A stretch of DNA of 62,682 nucleotides, filler included, from Globobulimina sp. (GCA_003354225.1; 22 parts of 22 records of this genome joined end to end with filler, not necessarily neighbours in it), one strand, 5' to 3'; numbered from the whole stretch's first letter, positions 47,424-59,930 are shown. Numbers and translations: made by a program. The notes: generated by a model from the letters alone, not told the origin.

Positions 47424-48555
47424 ACGTGTATAAAATAAATATACATAATACTATTCATTTTATTTTTATGTAATGCATTATAAAACAATACCCATATTAT
47501 TATTGCTGCTGACCATGGAAAGATTGCGTTGATTTTGATCCAGAATAATTAACGTATCCAGTCGTATGTTTTTCTCTTATTCTATTTTGTAATATAAATT
47601 GAATTATTTGTATACAGAAAGTGTAAGTATATAAACATAAACATAATACAAATGGATTTGATGATGAATAGAAATGGATTTCTGGCTTCCATCACATCGA
47701 TGACAGCCAATTGGTGAATGAGCCAATAATTTATTGATAATTTATTGATAATGGCGTACAGATTGGCCTCATTGACCAAGCCGTTGAAGTTATTGTCTTT
47801 GCGGATTTAGCATTTCGTCGACATTTATCGCAATTTGAATGAATGAGTGATTTATTTATATTTTAATTAAATGTTTTCGAAATTAAATGTTTTCAATAAA
47901 ATTAATTCCGAATTAATGAGCATATTTTGAGTGAGAATATATGGGAATTTGTTGTGATTATTGTCGCAGCGATTGTTCATATTTTGAGTGATACAAATTG
48001 TAACATTGAAATGGAATGGAATGGAACGGAATGGATTTATTATTTTCTCGGAAATTAAATGTTATATTACGAATTACGATCACTTTCAAGCCATTTTCAT
48101 GCATTTCATGTATTAATGAAACAAAGGAAAAAAAAACAATAGATATTGAAATGAAATGAAAATATTGAAAGTGAGTAATGTTCTCTTTCTTTTTTTTTTT
48201 CCACCTTCTTTCTTTTTTTTTTTATTATATATTGTTCCAATAATATATTTTCTTTTTTTTATATCTGCAAATCGTCTTTTACCAAAACTGTCCGCCACGG
48301 ACACATAAGGCCTTTGACGCCGAGGGACAAACTCAGATCTCCTCCAAATAGGAGGGCTTTTTAGTTAAGCTACGTCACGCAAATTATTATCAAAAATTAA
48401 CATGCGATTTTGCGCCCAANNNNNNNNNNNNNNNNNNNNNNNNNNNNNNNNNNNNNNNNNNNNTTAATTAATTAANNNNNNNNNNNNNNNNNNNNNNNNN
48501 NNNNNNNNNNNNNNNNNNNCCAAGTGAATGAAGGGAATTACATTTCAAGAGAGGA

Positions 48556-49956
48556 CTACCCTAATGGATATTGCATGTATTTGTTTGATGTTGATGGTAA
48601 ACATGGGGCGGAATTTGTTAATCTAAATAACCAGCCACAACAGATCGACAACCAAAACATAAATAGCCCTCCATAAAACAAATCAGTTTCATTTTCATAA
48701 TGTTTATAATCGAGAATAGTGCCGGCATAAATCACTGAGGACACAATAATAATAAACCAATCGCGTAAATGATCGAACCGCAAAAAATAACAAATGCCCG
48801 CCGGTCGAGAACATGACAACGTATCTCTCTCTGTATTGTAATTATTACATCTCGTTCTTATACTTTTCTTATCTTCATCCGAATCGCCATCACTTCCTTC
48901 AAAATATGGCAACGTATTCACATCCACGGTGTCCTCATTCCTAAATCCATTGTTTTTCGCCACATTTATAGAATTTAAACTGTTGATAGTGTTAAAAGCC
49001 ACTTTTTGTTTGTTTTTGCGTGATGTTTCATCATTTGATTCATCAAAATCATCCAATGTATCGATCAATGAATGGAAATGTTCTCCGCCTCCTCGTAAAT
49101 AAGAACGTGCTTCGGACCGAAAGTCAAACGCGCAATGCATTAAATTTTGTATCACGCCGCGATATAACATCTCAAACAATAATATTTGAAAAAAAAATAA
49201 ACCAAAATATCGCGCAACACCATCGATCCAGACATTGTGTACTTTTTTAGGTGAATGCAAATATTCGATGCCTGGTATTAAACAATATGGAATTGCCACG
49301 ATTAAAAAGATGAATAACAGCGACACAAAACGTAATAAAATCCATTTCAATCTGGAAAAATTATTGTTTGTAATGTCCCACGTTAAGCCGATGTTATTTA
49401 AGGGGCGAAATATAAAAAAGATAAATAAGAATAAGTTAAAAGCAGAGATGTGCAAAATACTGATATTTGGCGAATTTCCCCAAGATTTATAGAGTGCGAA
49501 TTGTATGTTTGGCAAAAAAGAATCGACTTTTTCGGAGATTTCGATTGGAATTATAACGAATAACAGGATTAAAATATCAAATTTGTCAAATGGCTGATGC
49601 GATACTGGCCGAATTATGCTGCAAATGATTGGTAAAGATAAATAAATGAAATATTGGAAGAAATCAAGCCAATAGTTATTGTAATGATTTTTGATTAATA
49701 ATAACCAAATGGCTGAGAATGTGAAAATTATGCTCAATATATAGCCAGCTAAGCGACGCGGAGGATGTTGGTCGACGGCGGCGTTCCAATCATCGCGTGG
49801 CGTGCGGTGTAAATATAGACTTTGGAAATATGTTACAATTCGAGCCTGTAAAAACGGCAAAAGTATAATCATATATGGTACAAATAAAAGTAGAATGCCA
49901 ATAATTTCGGTCGTGTCATCGATGGTTGGAGCCCAGTCCGATGTAGTAACTGACAT
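48556..49956 (-). CDS. Membrane protein with a degenerate CPBP/Abi (CAAX protease II)-like region
   Basis: Multiple TM helices. LFEMLYRGVIQN corresponds to EExxxRG with the first Glu lost; IIVSSVIYAG; CGWLFRLTNS. Confidence 0.6.
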   Translation of the reverse strand: MSVTTSDWAPTIDDTTEIIGILLLFVPYMIILLPFLQARIVTYFQSLYLHRTPRDDWNAAVDQHPPRRLAGYILSIIFTFSAIWLLLIKNHYNNYWLDFFQYFIYLSLPIICSIIRPVSHQPFDKFDILILLFVIIPIEISEKVDSFLPNIQFALYKSWGNSPNISILHISAFNLFLFIFFIFRPLNNIGLTWDITNNNFSRLKWILLRFVSLLFIFLIVAIPYCLIPGIEYLHSPKKVHNVWIDGVARYFGLFFFQILLFEMLYRGVIQNLMHCAFDFRSEARSYLRGGGEHFHSLIDTLDDFDESNDETSRKNKQKVAFNTINSLNSINVAKNNGFRNEDTVDVNTLPYFEGSDGDSDEDKKSIRTRCNNYNTERDTLSCSRPAGICYFLRFDHLRDWFIIIVSSVIYAGTILDYKHYENETDLFYGGLFMFWLSICCGWLFRLTNSAPCLPSTSNKYMQYPLG

Positions 49957-50039
49957 GGTAATAAAAAGTTTTTTTTTAGTGTGATATTTTGAATACTCCC
50001 ATCATCCATCAACTTAACTTTAAACAAGATAACTAAACA

Positions 50040-51252
50040 ATGCCTGACTGGTATTTTGAAGTAGATGCAGGTGATATACCGGGCAATTTCATGGGTGGGG
50101 GAGGAATGAATCCAATGGTGTGGTGCTATTCCATTGGCGGTTTTGCAGGATTTTGGGTGATTTTAGCATTAGCCATCCATACAATGATTCATCTCCATAC
50201 AAAGAGTGCAAACAAAGATGAGTCCAGATACGGTAAAGTACGGACGAAATTCTTATACGCTGAGATTTCCATTCAAACCATGTTCATAATGGTATGTACT
50301 GTACATCCATTCCCCCAAAAAAATATAATAATATCCACAAAAAAATAAATAAATATAGGCGTGTCTGGGATTATCATTGGGCCGCAGTGATGCCATAATT
50401 AAGGGAGATTTTACCGAAGTTGGATGTTACATTGGTTTTTATCTTGAAATCTGTGTATACGGCCTCGGCAAATGTGCATCGTACTTATTATTCGCATTCC
50501 GCGTAAAATACGCATTTGAGGGCAGTGTCTTTGCCGTAGGTCGCTGGCTCCAATTCGTCTTAGTATTCGGTACTACAGTTTATATGATAAATAATGTGAT
50601 TGCCTTTCTTGCGCTGCCCATTGAACACGAAAAATGGGCGTGGGTCCACGCAGGAAATGTGAAAATGTGCGTGATCCCGCAACAGCCGGCTCCGTTGCTG
50701 ACGCCCGCCACATTGAAAACATTTCCTTGTTTGGATGTATTTTTTTGTGGTGCGTTAGGCATTTTTTTTATGCACCGATTAAGGACGATTCGCACATTGG
50801 TGATTGAAATGAGTGCACGCCGCGATAACTATAAGATTGAAATTGCGGAAGCCAATGCAAGCTCCAATCCCCGATCCGATGATAGCGTTGCTGTAGAAAT
50901 GAGTGGTCAGACTCAGCCACAACAAAGTACCTCTTCGCCAACCTATATTTCAACAATAACGCCCGATCAACACGCGGCAAATAGCCAGATTACGCAAGTG
51001 AAGCCAGCTGCGGTGCCAGCTCCAGACAGATCGTTTGCCGTCGATCTGCAAGTTTTGATGTGGAAGCAATCCATTTTGATTGCTTTTACATTGGTGACTA
51101 CGATATGTACGACCGCGTGGGTGTGGTTTTTGCCAATGTTCACCAATTTGTTGGTGTTTGATTGTGTTATGAATGCAATTTGTAATCATTTAATGTTTTC
51201 ATTTTGTAATCCATTTTGGGATTTTGTTCAAAACAGATTGTGTTCCAAGTAA
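50040..51252 (+). CDS. Seven-TM (serpentine-receptor-like) membrane protein (intron ~50292-50358)
   Basis: Seven hydrophobic segments, YLLFAFRVKYAFEGS (parallels YLLF.ERL..SFKGT in the 28.5-30.9 kb paralogues), a long third intracellular loop and DCVMNAIC. Confidence 0.7.
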
Positions 51253-52466
51253 AAAGAAATAAGGAAAATAAGNNNNNNNNNNNNNNNNNNNNNNNNNNNN
51301 NNNNNNNNNNNNNNNNTTAATTAATTAANNNNNNNNNNNNNNNNNNNNNNNNNNNNNNNNNNNNNNNNNNNNCTTACCACAATGTTTCCATTTTGTTGAG
51401 GTTCTTCTTTTGATTCTAAAGCATTTCCTGTATCTTCTTCATTTATTACTTGGTTTATAATATCATTATTTTCAACAATATTCGTATTTTCTTTATTTTG
51501 TGGAGGTTCCATTGATTCTTGTATTTTTTTAGTTTGTTTTGTGGATGTTTTTGGTTTATTTTTTCTGGTTATTTTTTAGTTTGTTTTGCGTTTATTTTAA
51601 TTTTTGTTTTGGTGTTGTCACTGACTCACTGTTGTGAATATTTTGTTGTTTTGTGGATATTTTTTGTTTTGTGCATATTTGGTTTTGTGCATATTTTTTG
51701 GTTTGGTCTGTGTATATTTTTTATTGGTTGTTTTATGCATATTATGCGCGGCCGGTCGACCGGGTTTGTTACCTTTCTCACAAACTTCCACCGGGTGACA
51801 CCCCGCACCCCGCGCGGCACAACAGACATATACACCCTCCTCGCCACTGCCCTAACGCTCATTCGATTAATACAATTTGTATACATAACAAAATTTGTAT
51901 ACGCAAACCAAAAAACAGATTCTGAATGACTCAGAATTGTTGAAAAATTTGATTTGTTTTTACTCAGAATGGATAACGGTGATTTTCACAGATTGGTCGG
52001 CACATATCGATCATTGTAGTGATTGTACAGCACCATTAATTATCAGGGTCAATCAAGTCATGCATTTTGTTTCTTTTTCTTATTTTTATTTTATTGTTTA
52101 ATATGCAACGAATGAGAACAAATTAATTAAATGGCAGTCACAACGAAAGAAATTAAACAGCACACAAACGGGAGAAAGCAATAAAGAAAATATATAAAAA
52201 TAACCAATTAACATTATATAACATCCTTCAATTATTTGTGAAGGACAATACAATGCTTTATAAAAAGAAAAGATTTACAGATTGTCATCAGAGCCGCCGT
52301 CAATAACCGATGACTTTTGTCCGCGGTATATTGAGATTGGAATTAAATTCAATGCAAAATGTAAAGCAAACTGTAAAATATATACTATTTCACACACAAA
52401 AAAAGCAAAACTAAAAAAAGCAATAAAATATATAATTATTGGCAATATAGCTTTGGTTGAAATAGG

Positions 52467-54125
52467 TCAAATAAACAGAGATTGATAATGGTTACATAAC
52501 TGTTCATTGCTCGTCTCAGAAGTTAATGGAAATATATTTGAACATATTGAAGCGTCCGGATCCATGGTCGAACATTCAGTGCAATTCGAGACATCCTCTG
52601 TCAACGCATAGTTTACACACTTTGTTGGGAAAATATTTGTCGATTTTCTGGGTTTTGACTCAAAATTGTTTCTACCAAAATTATGATTCGGTTTTCCTTT
52701 ATCATTTCCAAAATTATTCAGTTTGTGTACCACTTTTTCTTCCGTGATCTCAACGCAATGTTCTTGTTTTATCCTTATTTTTGTGGTTTGTGTGCGTGCT
52801 CTCATTCTATCCAAACCACTCTTTATCTGCGATATGTTATTAATGATGGACCTATTTATAATATTGCCATCTTGCAATAAAATCAATTTGTCCTGAACTA
52901 TATGTGGATGATGCGGCGAACAACAACAACGTGGCACTGCGCGATGCGTCCAACTCAGATTGCTTTCCGCTACAAAATCCTGTTTAATATCTTCCATATC
53001 ACTTTTCAGCAATATCTGCTCCGAAAACATCAATTCTTCCTCGTACTGTTTCTGTGACAATATGCTCTTTGCGGCATTCCTGTGCTGTTTCGTTTGGAAT
53101 TTAAAATATGCCACACTTAATTCTGGATAATATTCGTCTTTCTGATATACCGCTTCTTTAACAAAGTCAGCGATGCCCGGTTTGCCAGCTTGTACATATT
53201 TTCGTAGCTCATCCATTTCCGTTTCGGTTATGCTGGAAATAATTAATGTTTTCCCGTCGTGCAGGTCCTCCATAACTTGCTTTGTCAATAAACCGGCTCT
53301 CTTCATATTATTTCTGTATTTATGGAACAGTGCCTCATCATTCATATGGTTCTGCAATGTGTGCCAGTTTCCATTCAGATGCAACTGATTGAATTGTTGC
53401 AATCTATATTTTCTTTGCATTTCTTGTATATACTCGCCATGACCACCGCTGATTGGATGTGAATGCGAATGCGAAGCACACACAAAATCATTGGAACAGT
53501 GCTTTGCCACATTGGTCTTCGCCAAATTGTAAGCTTTCAGCACGCAGTGCGAGAATGGGATGCGTGGATTGGTAAATTGTTGCAGTGATTCATAAAAATA
53601 TCTGGTGAATGTGGTTGCTGTGGAATCCAAAATCTGCACAAATGGATGGACACAGATCACATTGCACACATATTCACCGAATATCTTCCCTAAAATAAAA
53701 GAATTACACCCATTCAGAATCAATAATTTTATGTTGCACTCTTTCTTTGATTTTAAATGTTTGTGCAACATCAATGAGATTGGATCCGTGCCATTTTTAA
53801 TGTCAATATCGTATATTTTGGGCTGCGTTTCTGCAATAAAACCAATTTGTTGTTTGGTAGAGTCAATTGCTTTGGATATGGGCCTGAATTTTATATCATA
53901 CTCATAATTATATTGAGGGTCTCCGCGGATTTTATCCATTTGTTTCCGTGCCTCAGTCAGCGAGTATTCGTCCGCAAAACGAATGATGTGAACATTTAAT
54001 AGCTTTGATGCGAAATGCCATCCAATCCGAATGTCAACTTTTCCTTTTAATAAATGTATCAATTTCCGTCTAAAACGAGATAACTTTTTCGTCAACTTTT
54101 CCATTTTAATTTTATCTTTTTTTGC
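52467..54125 (-). CDS. CHAT/caspase-HetF-like domain protein (5' partial)
   Basis: IKLLILNGCNS..LG.......NVICV....ILDSTATTFTRYFYESL...V..AYNLAK matches the C-terminal half of CHAT. Downstream C/H clusters are CASHSHSH and CCCSPHHPH. Confidence 0.6.
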   Translation of the reverse strand, partial: AKKDKIKMEKLTKKLSRFRRKLIHLLKGKVDIRIGWHFASKLLNVHIIRFADEYSLTEARKQMDKIRGDPQYNYEYDIKFRPISKAIDSTKQQIGFIAETQPKIYDIDIKNGTDPISLMLHKHLKSKKECNIKLLILNGCNSFILGKIFGEYVCNVICVHPFVQILDSTATTFTRYFYESLQQFTNPRIPFSHCVLKAYNLAKTNVAKHCSNDFVCASHSHSHPISGGHGEYIQEMQRKYRLQQFNQLHLNGNWHTLQNHMNDEALFHKYRNNMKRAGLLTKQVMEDLHDGKTLIISSITETEMDELRKYVQAGKPGIADFVKEAVYQKDEYYPELSVAYFKFQTKQHRNAAKSILSQKQYEEELMFSEQILLKSDMEDIKQDFVAESNLSWTHRAVPRCCCSPHHPHIVQDKLILLQDGNIINRSIINNISQIKSGLDRMRARTQTTKIRIKQEHCVEITEEKVVHKLNNFGNDKGKPNHNFGRNNFESKPRKSTNIFPTKCVNYALTEDVSNCTECSTMDPDASICSNIFPLTSETSNEQLCNHYQSLFI

Positions 54126-54225
54126 NNNNNNNNNNNNNNNNNNNNNNNNNNNNNNNNNNNNNNNNNNNNTTAATTAATTAANNNNNNNNNNNNNNNNNNN
54201 NNNNNNNNNNNNNNNNNNNNNNNNN

Positions 54226-54711
54226 TTGCATTTGTGATTGTTGTGATTGTTGTGATTGTTGTGATTGTTGTGGTTGTGTTTGGGTTTCAGTTTGTTGTTT
54301 TATCATTGTTTGATATGATGCGGCAATCGATTCACTGACTGAATTAACGGATATTTGGTCTTTGTATTTGCATTGTAATACTTGTCCATTCTGCGGATTT
54401 ATACAATATATGGTTGGAAACGCAATGACTGGATATAATGCTGTAAATTGCTTAAAAGCTAATGTTTCCTCACGAATTAATAAACATATGCCAAAGGCTT
54501 GGACGTTTTCAATAACTTGGCCATGATTCCAAACGTGTGAGGAGCTGAGTTGTTGTTTCTCACATAATACAATTAATAGTTTGTTCTGCGATTTGGCGCT
54601 GTTTAACGCAATTTCAACTTGTTCAATGAATGAGATGGAAGGGTCTGGATTTTCCATTTTCTTTTCTTCCTTGTTATCCTCTGGGGATGCATTGTCTGGA
54701 AGCTGTGACAT
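54226..54711 (-). CDS. UBXN4-like protein N-terminus (thioredoxin-like UAS fold), 3' partial
   Basis: F...V..AL..AK..NKLLIV...W....V......ICL.I......FKQF..LYPV..FPTIY.INPQNG..L. Confidence 0.6.
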
Positions 54712-54927
54712 GATGTTACTTCACTAAACGAGTTTTCGTTACTTTACTCGCATTGTATATGGCAGAATTGTCAAAAACGTCAAGCAGCGATTCACGTAAA
54801 TCAATTTCGTATCAAATGTCACAAATTGTATGTACCATAAAAAAATATACTTTTGCTTGATTTAATCATCGCGCGTGCATTTAACTAAATAGTCTGTCTC
54901 GCCATCGCAAATACCATCGATTGAGTA

Positions 54928-56978
54928 TGATGAAATTTTGGATTATCCGCCGCCTGCCTTTAGTGGAATGATACATGATATCCCTTTGATTGATCAGTCT
55001 GAATTAGCACGCAAAAACAGTATGGGCAGTTTGGGAGAAGTTAAGTGATCTTTATTTGTTATCTTTTGCATGCATACAATTACTATAATTACCACTTCTC
55101 ATTATTTTATAAATTAAAAAGGGATGTTTGCTCAATGCAAATAATGACAATGAACCTCAACCAAATGAGTATCAAGAAGATGAACATAGTCGTATTGAGA
55201 AACAGTTTGACATTCCGCCAATGGATCGGAAACCATCTCCGATGATTCAGAAACTACAAAAACAATTAATGTCGCAACTTTGGAATAATAATCAAGACGA
55301 AGAAGAAGAAGAAGAGGATGAAAAAAAGGAAGAATATTTTGATGATCGATGTAGTGTTATAAGTGTTGCTAACTTTGAGGATGACGATGTAAAACAACAA
55401 TTGCAGCCAGACCAAGAAGAAGAAAAATGTGCACGAGAGCCGGAGCCTGGTTATGTTGAAGGTAATGATGATATTTATGCAGTGAATAATGACGATAAAC
55501 AAGTTGAGATTAATGGTTTAAAAGAAAAAAATATGTATTTGATGAGATGTAATAACACATTAAGCGACTCATTAAATAAAGTACAAGCTGAAAATGATGA
55601 GTTGAAATCATCGGTTTTTATTCGATACATTGAAGAATTTGGAAACCGATTTAAGTTTTCAAGTTACATTGAAATATATTTAGGTGACCGAAGTCAAAGC
55701 AAATGGAAAAATAATAAGTTTAATGGTTCGTTGCATAAACAAATACATAAAAATAAAGCATGCCTAATTTTCGAATGTATAAAAACGTTTTTATTATTAA
55801 CGACTCCAAACAACAAACAACAATGCGAAATGAAACAAGAAGTGGTGCAGAATTTGCTACGAATCGGGTTTAATAATAATAAGGTTTGTGAAGTAATTTG
55901 CGATGAAATAATATGTCAAATTATCAAGCAAATAATAAACAATTCGGATATTGATATTGTGAAAAATGGATATATTTTATTATCAATAATAAGTGGAATT
56001 TTATTGCCGTCACAGTCATTAATTCATTATTTCGCAGCATTTTTATTAATAAAAACCAAAGAAAATGCCGGCGTGATATCAAATTTATGTTCATATTCGT
56101 TGGTGCGATTAAACCGATTATATGTTTTTGGATTAAGTCGGAAATATATTGCAGGCAAAAAAGAGATTGAATGTATTATAAATAAATGCAATGTTTGTGT
56201 AAATGTATCGTTTTTAGATGGTTCGCAAAAAAAAGTTTTTGTTAATCCATTATGTTCGGCACAAGAGTTAATACTTAAAATTTGCGCTATGATGGGATTA
56301 AAAAAGGAGAATTGGCAACATTTTGGTTTGTTGGAATGCTTAGAATCATCAATCAATGAACCAAAACAATATTGGATTGAGTCGAATATTTATATTAATA
56401 AATTATATGAAAAACGAAAATTGAAAAAAGGAAGAAAGGAAATGAATGACATCGAAGGTATTAAACTATGCCATATTATATTTGATTCATTTATTACCAA
56501 ATCGCGGTTTATTGAAAATAATGAAATGGTTTGTGATATTTTAGGAAAATGGGAAACGATGAAGCAACACATTCAGAATACAATAAAAAATGAAAAATTA
56601 AAAACAAATAAACTCGATATAATTAATAATTATTCCTTATTATTTCGCGTAAAAACGTTTGTTTGCGGTAAGAATTATAGTGATTTATCATTGCGATTAT
56701 GGGCATTAGAATGTTCCTATAAATTGTCATGTGGCTATCTGCCGATTGCTTCACCCGATGCATGGGAATTATCCTCAATTTTATTACAATGCATTCATGG
56801 AATACAAGGAAATAATTATTACACAAATGGTTTAATTAAATCTGATTTGTATCGATATTTGCCATGTTATATATTGTCAGAGAATAAAGACAGGAATGCG
56901 ATTGAGGTAAAAATATTAATTATGCACGGCCAATATGAACATTTAAACACCAGGGAATCCACGCAATTATATTTAAGA
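54928..56978 (+). CDS. MyTH4-FERM domain protein (3' partial; start uncertain)
   Basis: IFECIK..L, DEIICQIIKQI..N......GY.LL......LPS, RKY....EI (MyTH4); V.FLDGSQK......A.EL...I...GL....FGL and G.LP....A.EL....LQ (FERM). Confidence 0.8.
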
Positions 56979-57078
56979 NNNNNNNNNNNNNNNNNNNNNN
57001 NNNNNNNNNNNNNNNNNNNNNNTTAATTAATTAANNNNNNNNNNNNNNNNNNNNNNNNNNNNNNNNNNNNNNNNNNNN

Positions 57079-57198
57079 TTTTCTCATTTTTCATGGATTA
57101 TTCTCATTTTTCATGGATTTTCTCATTTTTCATGGATTATTCTCATTTTTCATGGATTATTCTCATTTTTCATGGATTATTCTCATTTTCATGGATTA
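57079..57198. repeat. Tandem repeat, ~6 x 19-20 bp, at a contig end
   Basis: Unit TTCTCATTTTTCATGGATTA. Confidence 0.95.
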
Positions 57199-57275
57199 AA
57201 AATTCCTCTAGGGTTTTAGGGGCTTGCCCCCTCCTGGGTTTATTTATTTCTTTAAAGTCTGTTTTTATTAAAAAC

Positions 57276-57936
57276 TTAGATTTGCTCATATTTCATTAAT
57301 AATCCGTTATTTTCGTTAACCATAAAATGGTCATTATCATTTTTTTTTGTATAATATTCAATTGCAATTCTATCACTTTTTACATATGAACTTGTTACTG
57401 TTCCGCCCATTGTTTCTTGACCAATACCAAAACTATTTGCTTTTTGACGGAGAGCAAACACAAATTTAACTTTTAAAGTAACATTCTCTTTTTCTGGATG
57501 TTTGCAAATAAAATCTGGTGCATATGCTGTTGAATAAATTATTGACGGTGACGAAAATATTTGATGTGGATCAAAATACTCTTTTTTTTTTAGTATATTG
57601 ATTTGTTCTCCAAACACATTCTCTGATTCTTCCACAATCCGTTCGAATACCAAGCTTTGTACCGTCCGGTTTTGTATCACCAGGTACTAAAAAATTTAAA
57701 CCACCATTTATTATTTTTTCTACATTTTGTTTTTTGGTGCCATGATATGATGGGTGCCATAGTTGCAATACATTATGTTTCGTACACAATGATTTATCGA
57801 TTGGCATACAAATTCTTGACCAGCCTTCAGGGATAATATAAATACCACCACCGCGTTGAAACACTAATCCTTTTTTGTGCCCATTGTGCCTATTTTTTCT
57901 ACAATTAACACAAAAGCATTTATCTTTTGCATGCAT
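57276..57936 (-). pseudogene. NEURL4-type PARP-like (H-Y-E) ADP-ribosyltransferase domain, frameshifted in a homopolymer
   Basis: YIIPEGWSR, WHPSYHGTK, LVPGD..PDG, then a shift at the T10 run 57582-57591 into EYFDPHQIFSSPSIIYS..YA, RQK..SF..GQETMG and IEYYT. Confidence 0.7.
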
Positions 57937-58272
57937 ATGCAGGATATAAATATTTTTTATTTACATTCAAATTGTTGCTTAATATTTTACGACAAATCGC
58001 CAATTGATTGCATCTTCCTCCATTGGAACAGTTTTATAATTAATGTAATCATAATCAATCTTTTGTTCTGCCATTTACAATATTGTGAATTGTGAAGTAA
58101 AGAAGTTTTAAGATTATTTGTTGTTTTATTTCAGGCCATTCAAACAAAACAAAAAAAAAATCAACATAGTCAATAAAAATCCAATGCAAATAATACTCTA
58201 TTTTGACAACAACAAAACTAAAACCTCACATTCTCAAAACAATAAATAAATACTTTTCATCATTTGCTACAT

Positions 58273-59689
58273 TTATTCATAATTTCCTTGTAAAATATCA
58301 AATTCCTCGTCATCAATAACTAATGAATTCAATACAAAGTTATCCGGATTACGAACATCACTTTGAATTTTTATAAACGTTTTATTATCACTATGCTCCG
58401 CAAATAAACACTGCCAAACATCCAAAATATCGCTCGGAAAGAATCGACAAATCTGTGATCTCTGATACAAATAACATCGAATCTCGTCTTTCTGTTCAAT
58501 ATGAAATGATAACATAAAAAATCTACAATCCCCATTCTGTGAAGTAATGGGATTTGTACCCTTTGGGTCTGGTAACACGCATTCACTCGATGTCTGAATA
58601 AATTGTTCTGGCAAATGGCCCCTCAAAACATTGTTACCTTTCGGTGGATGAAACATCTAAAAAAACAACAACACATTCAACAGAACTTTGTACTGTGAAA
58701 TAACTACAAATAACTCAACATATAACATATCGCCTATTTGCGTTGGATTTAGTTTCTTTATATCTTCTTTTTCATCCATATTTTCATCCTTTTTAATATC
58801 ATCCTCATCCATCGTGTCTGGTTCATCTCTCCTTCGATCAGCAACGATACAGAACCTATCAAACAAACGTTTTTCTACGATTTATCATAAAATGTATACA
58901 AACATACCGTTTTTGATGTGGATAATTTTTAAATTGTTTGATACCTGCTTTCAGTGAATATTTCTTAAACAAATCATGAAATACGCCCCTTTTATCAGTT
59001 GGGTTGGTTTTATGTTGCACAAAAAAGCAATTTTTAGTTTTGCTTAAACTATCCAATACGTCGAAAGTGTCTCTATTATCGTCGTCATCCTCTTCGTCCT
59101 CTTCTTCCGAGTCTGAATCGTTGCAATTATCGTTTTTAATATGTTGCGGTATAATCATTAAATCAATTTGAAACGGTGGGATTACGTTATTATTCAATAG
59201 TTTTTGTATAAAATTGAGTGCAGCATCAACGTACAAAGCAAATGGTTCTAACAAATCATTTATTTTGTCGATATTATGAAATTGGATTTTGCGGTGGAAT
59301 CGGGCATAAAATGTTGATATTGCAGACGCCATTAATTGTTTCCTGTTTTTGTCATTGTTTGTGATGGAAGCAATATATGGATCTGTTTTGACCCAATCTT
59401 GGACTTCTAACAAGGTTTTATTTTTGGTATATTGTTTGATGCGTTCTCGTGTGTATATATCCAATGAGTCCAATAATAAACGTGGTCTATTATTATGTTG
59501 GGCGACGGTTAATACTTTGAATAATGCGGCTTGGTTATCTTTATGCTCTTTGTGTTCGATTATTGGTATCTGCTCAATGTACATTTTTTTGGTCGCATTG
59601 AATTTTGTTTTGTCTTCGGCAATGTTCCAATTAATTTGAACGGGCGCTGTTGGTGACAGCTCTTCAGCTTTTGTTTCTAGTGCTGCCAT
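58273..59689 (-). CDS. Hypothetical spliced protein of a lineage-expanded family
   Basis: Three consecutive minus-strand ORFs separated by short GT-AG introns. No named domain recognised. Confidence 0.55.
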
Positions 59690-59930
59690 GAGGTAAAAAA
59701 TTAATTGTATGTCAGTTATTTAAAAAAAAACTTTAAGTTATTAATGGACGAAACGAGTCCCCTAAAATCCAAATTAATGGATGAAGAAAATATGACAACA
59801 ATGTTAGCTATTAGTCCCCATTACAGTCCTNNNNNNNNNNNNNNNNNNNNNNNNNNNNNNNNNNNNNNNNNNNNTTAATTAATTAANNNNNNNNNNNNNN
59901 NNNNNNNNNNNNNNNNNNNNNNNNNNNNNN

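Noticed and set aside
51830-51870. CCTCCTCGC as an HDV-like ribozyme L3
   Set aside because: The required P3, P1 and P2 partners could not be found in the correct order.
59744-59762. GGACGAAACGAGTCC as the 3' half of a hammerhead
   Set aside because: There is no upstream CUGANGA-like core, and the sequence reads as the start of an ORF (MDETSPLK...).
2756-59930. Regularly spaced TTAATTAATTAA motif as a biological repeat or CRISPR-like array
   Set aside because: It is embedded in N-runs and is an artificial six-frame-stop linker between length-sorted contigs.
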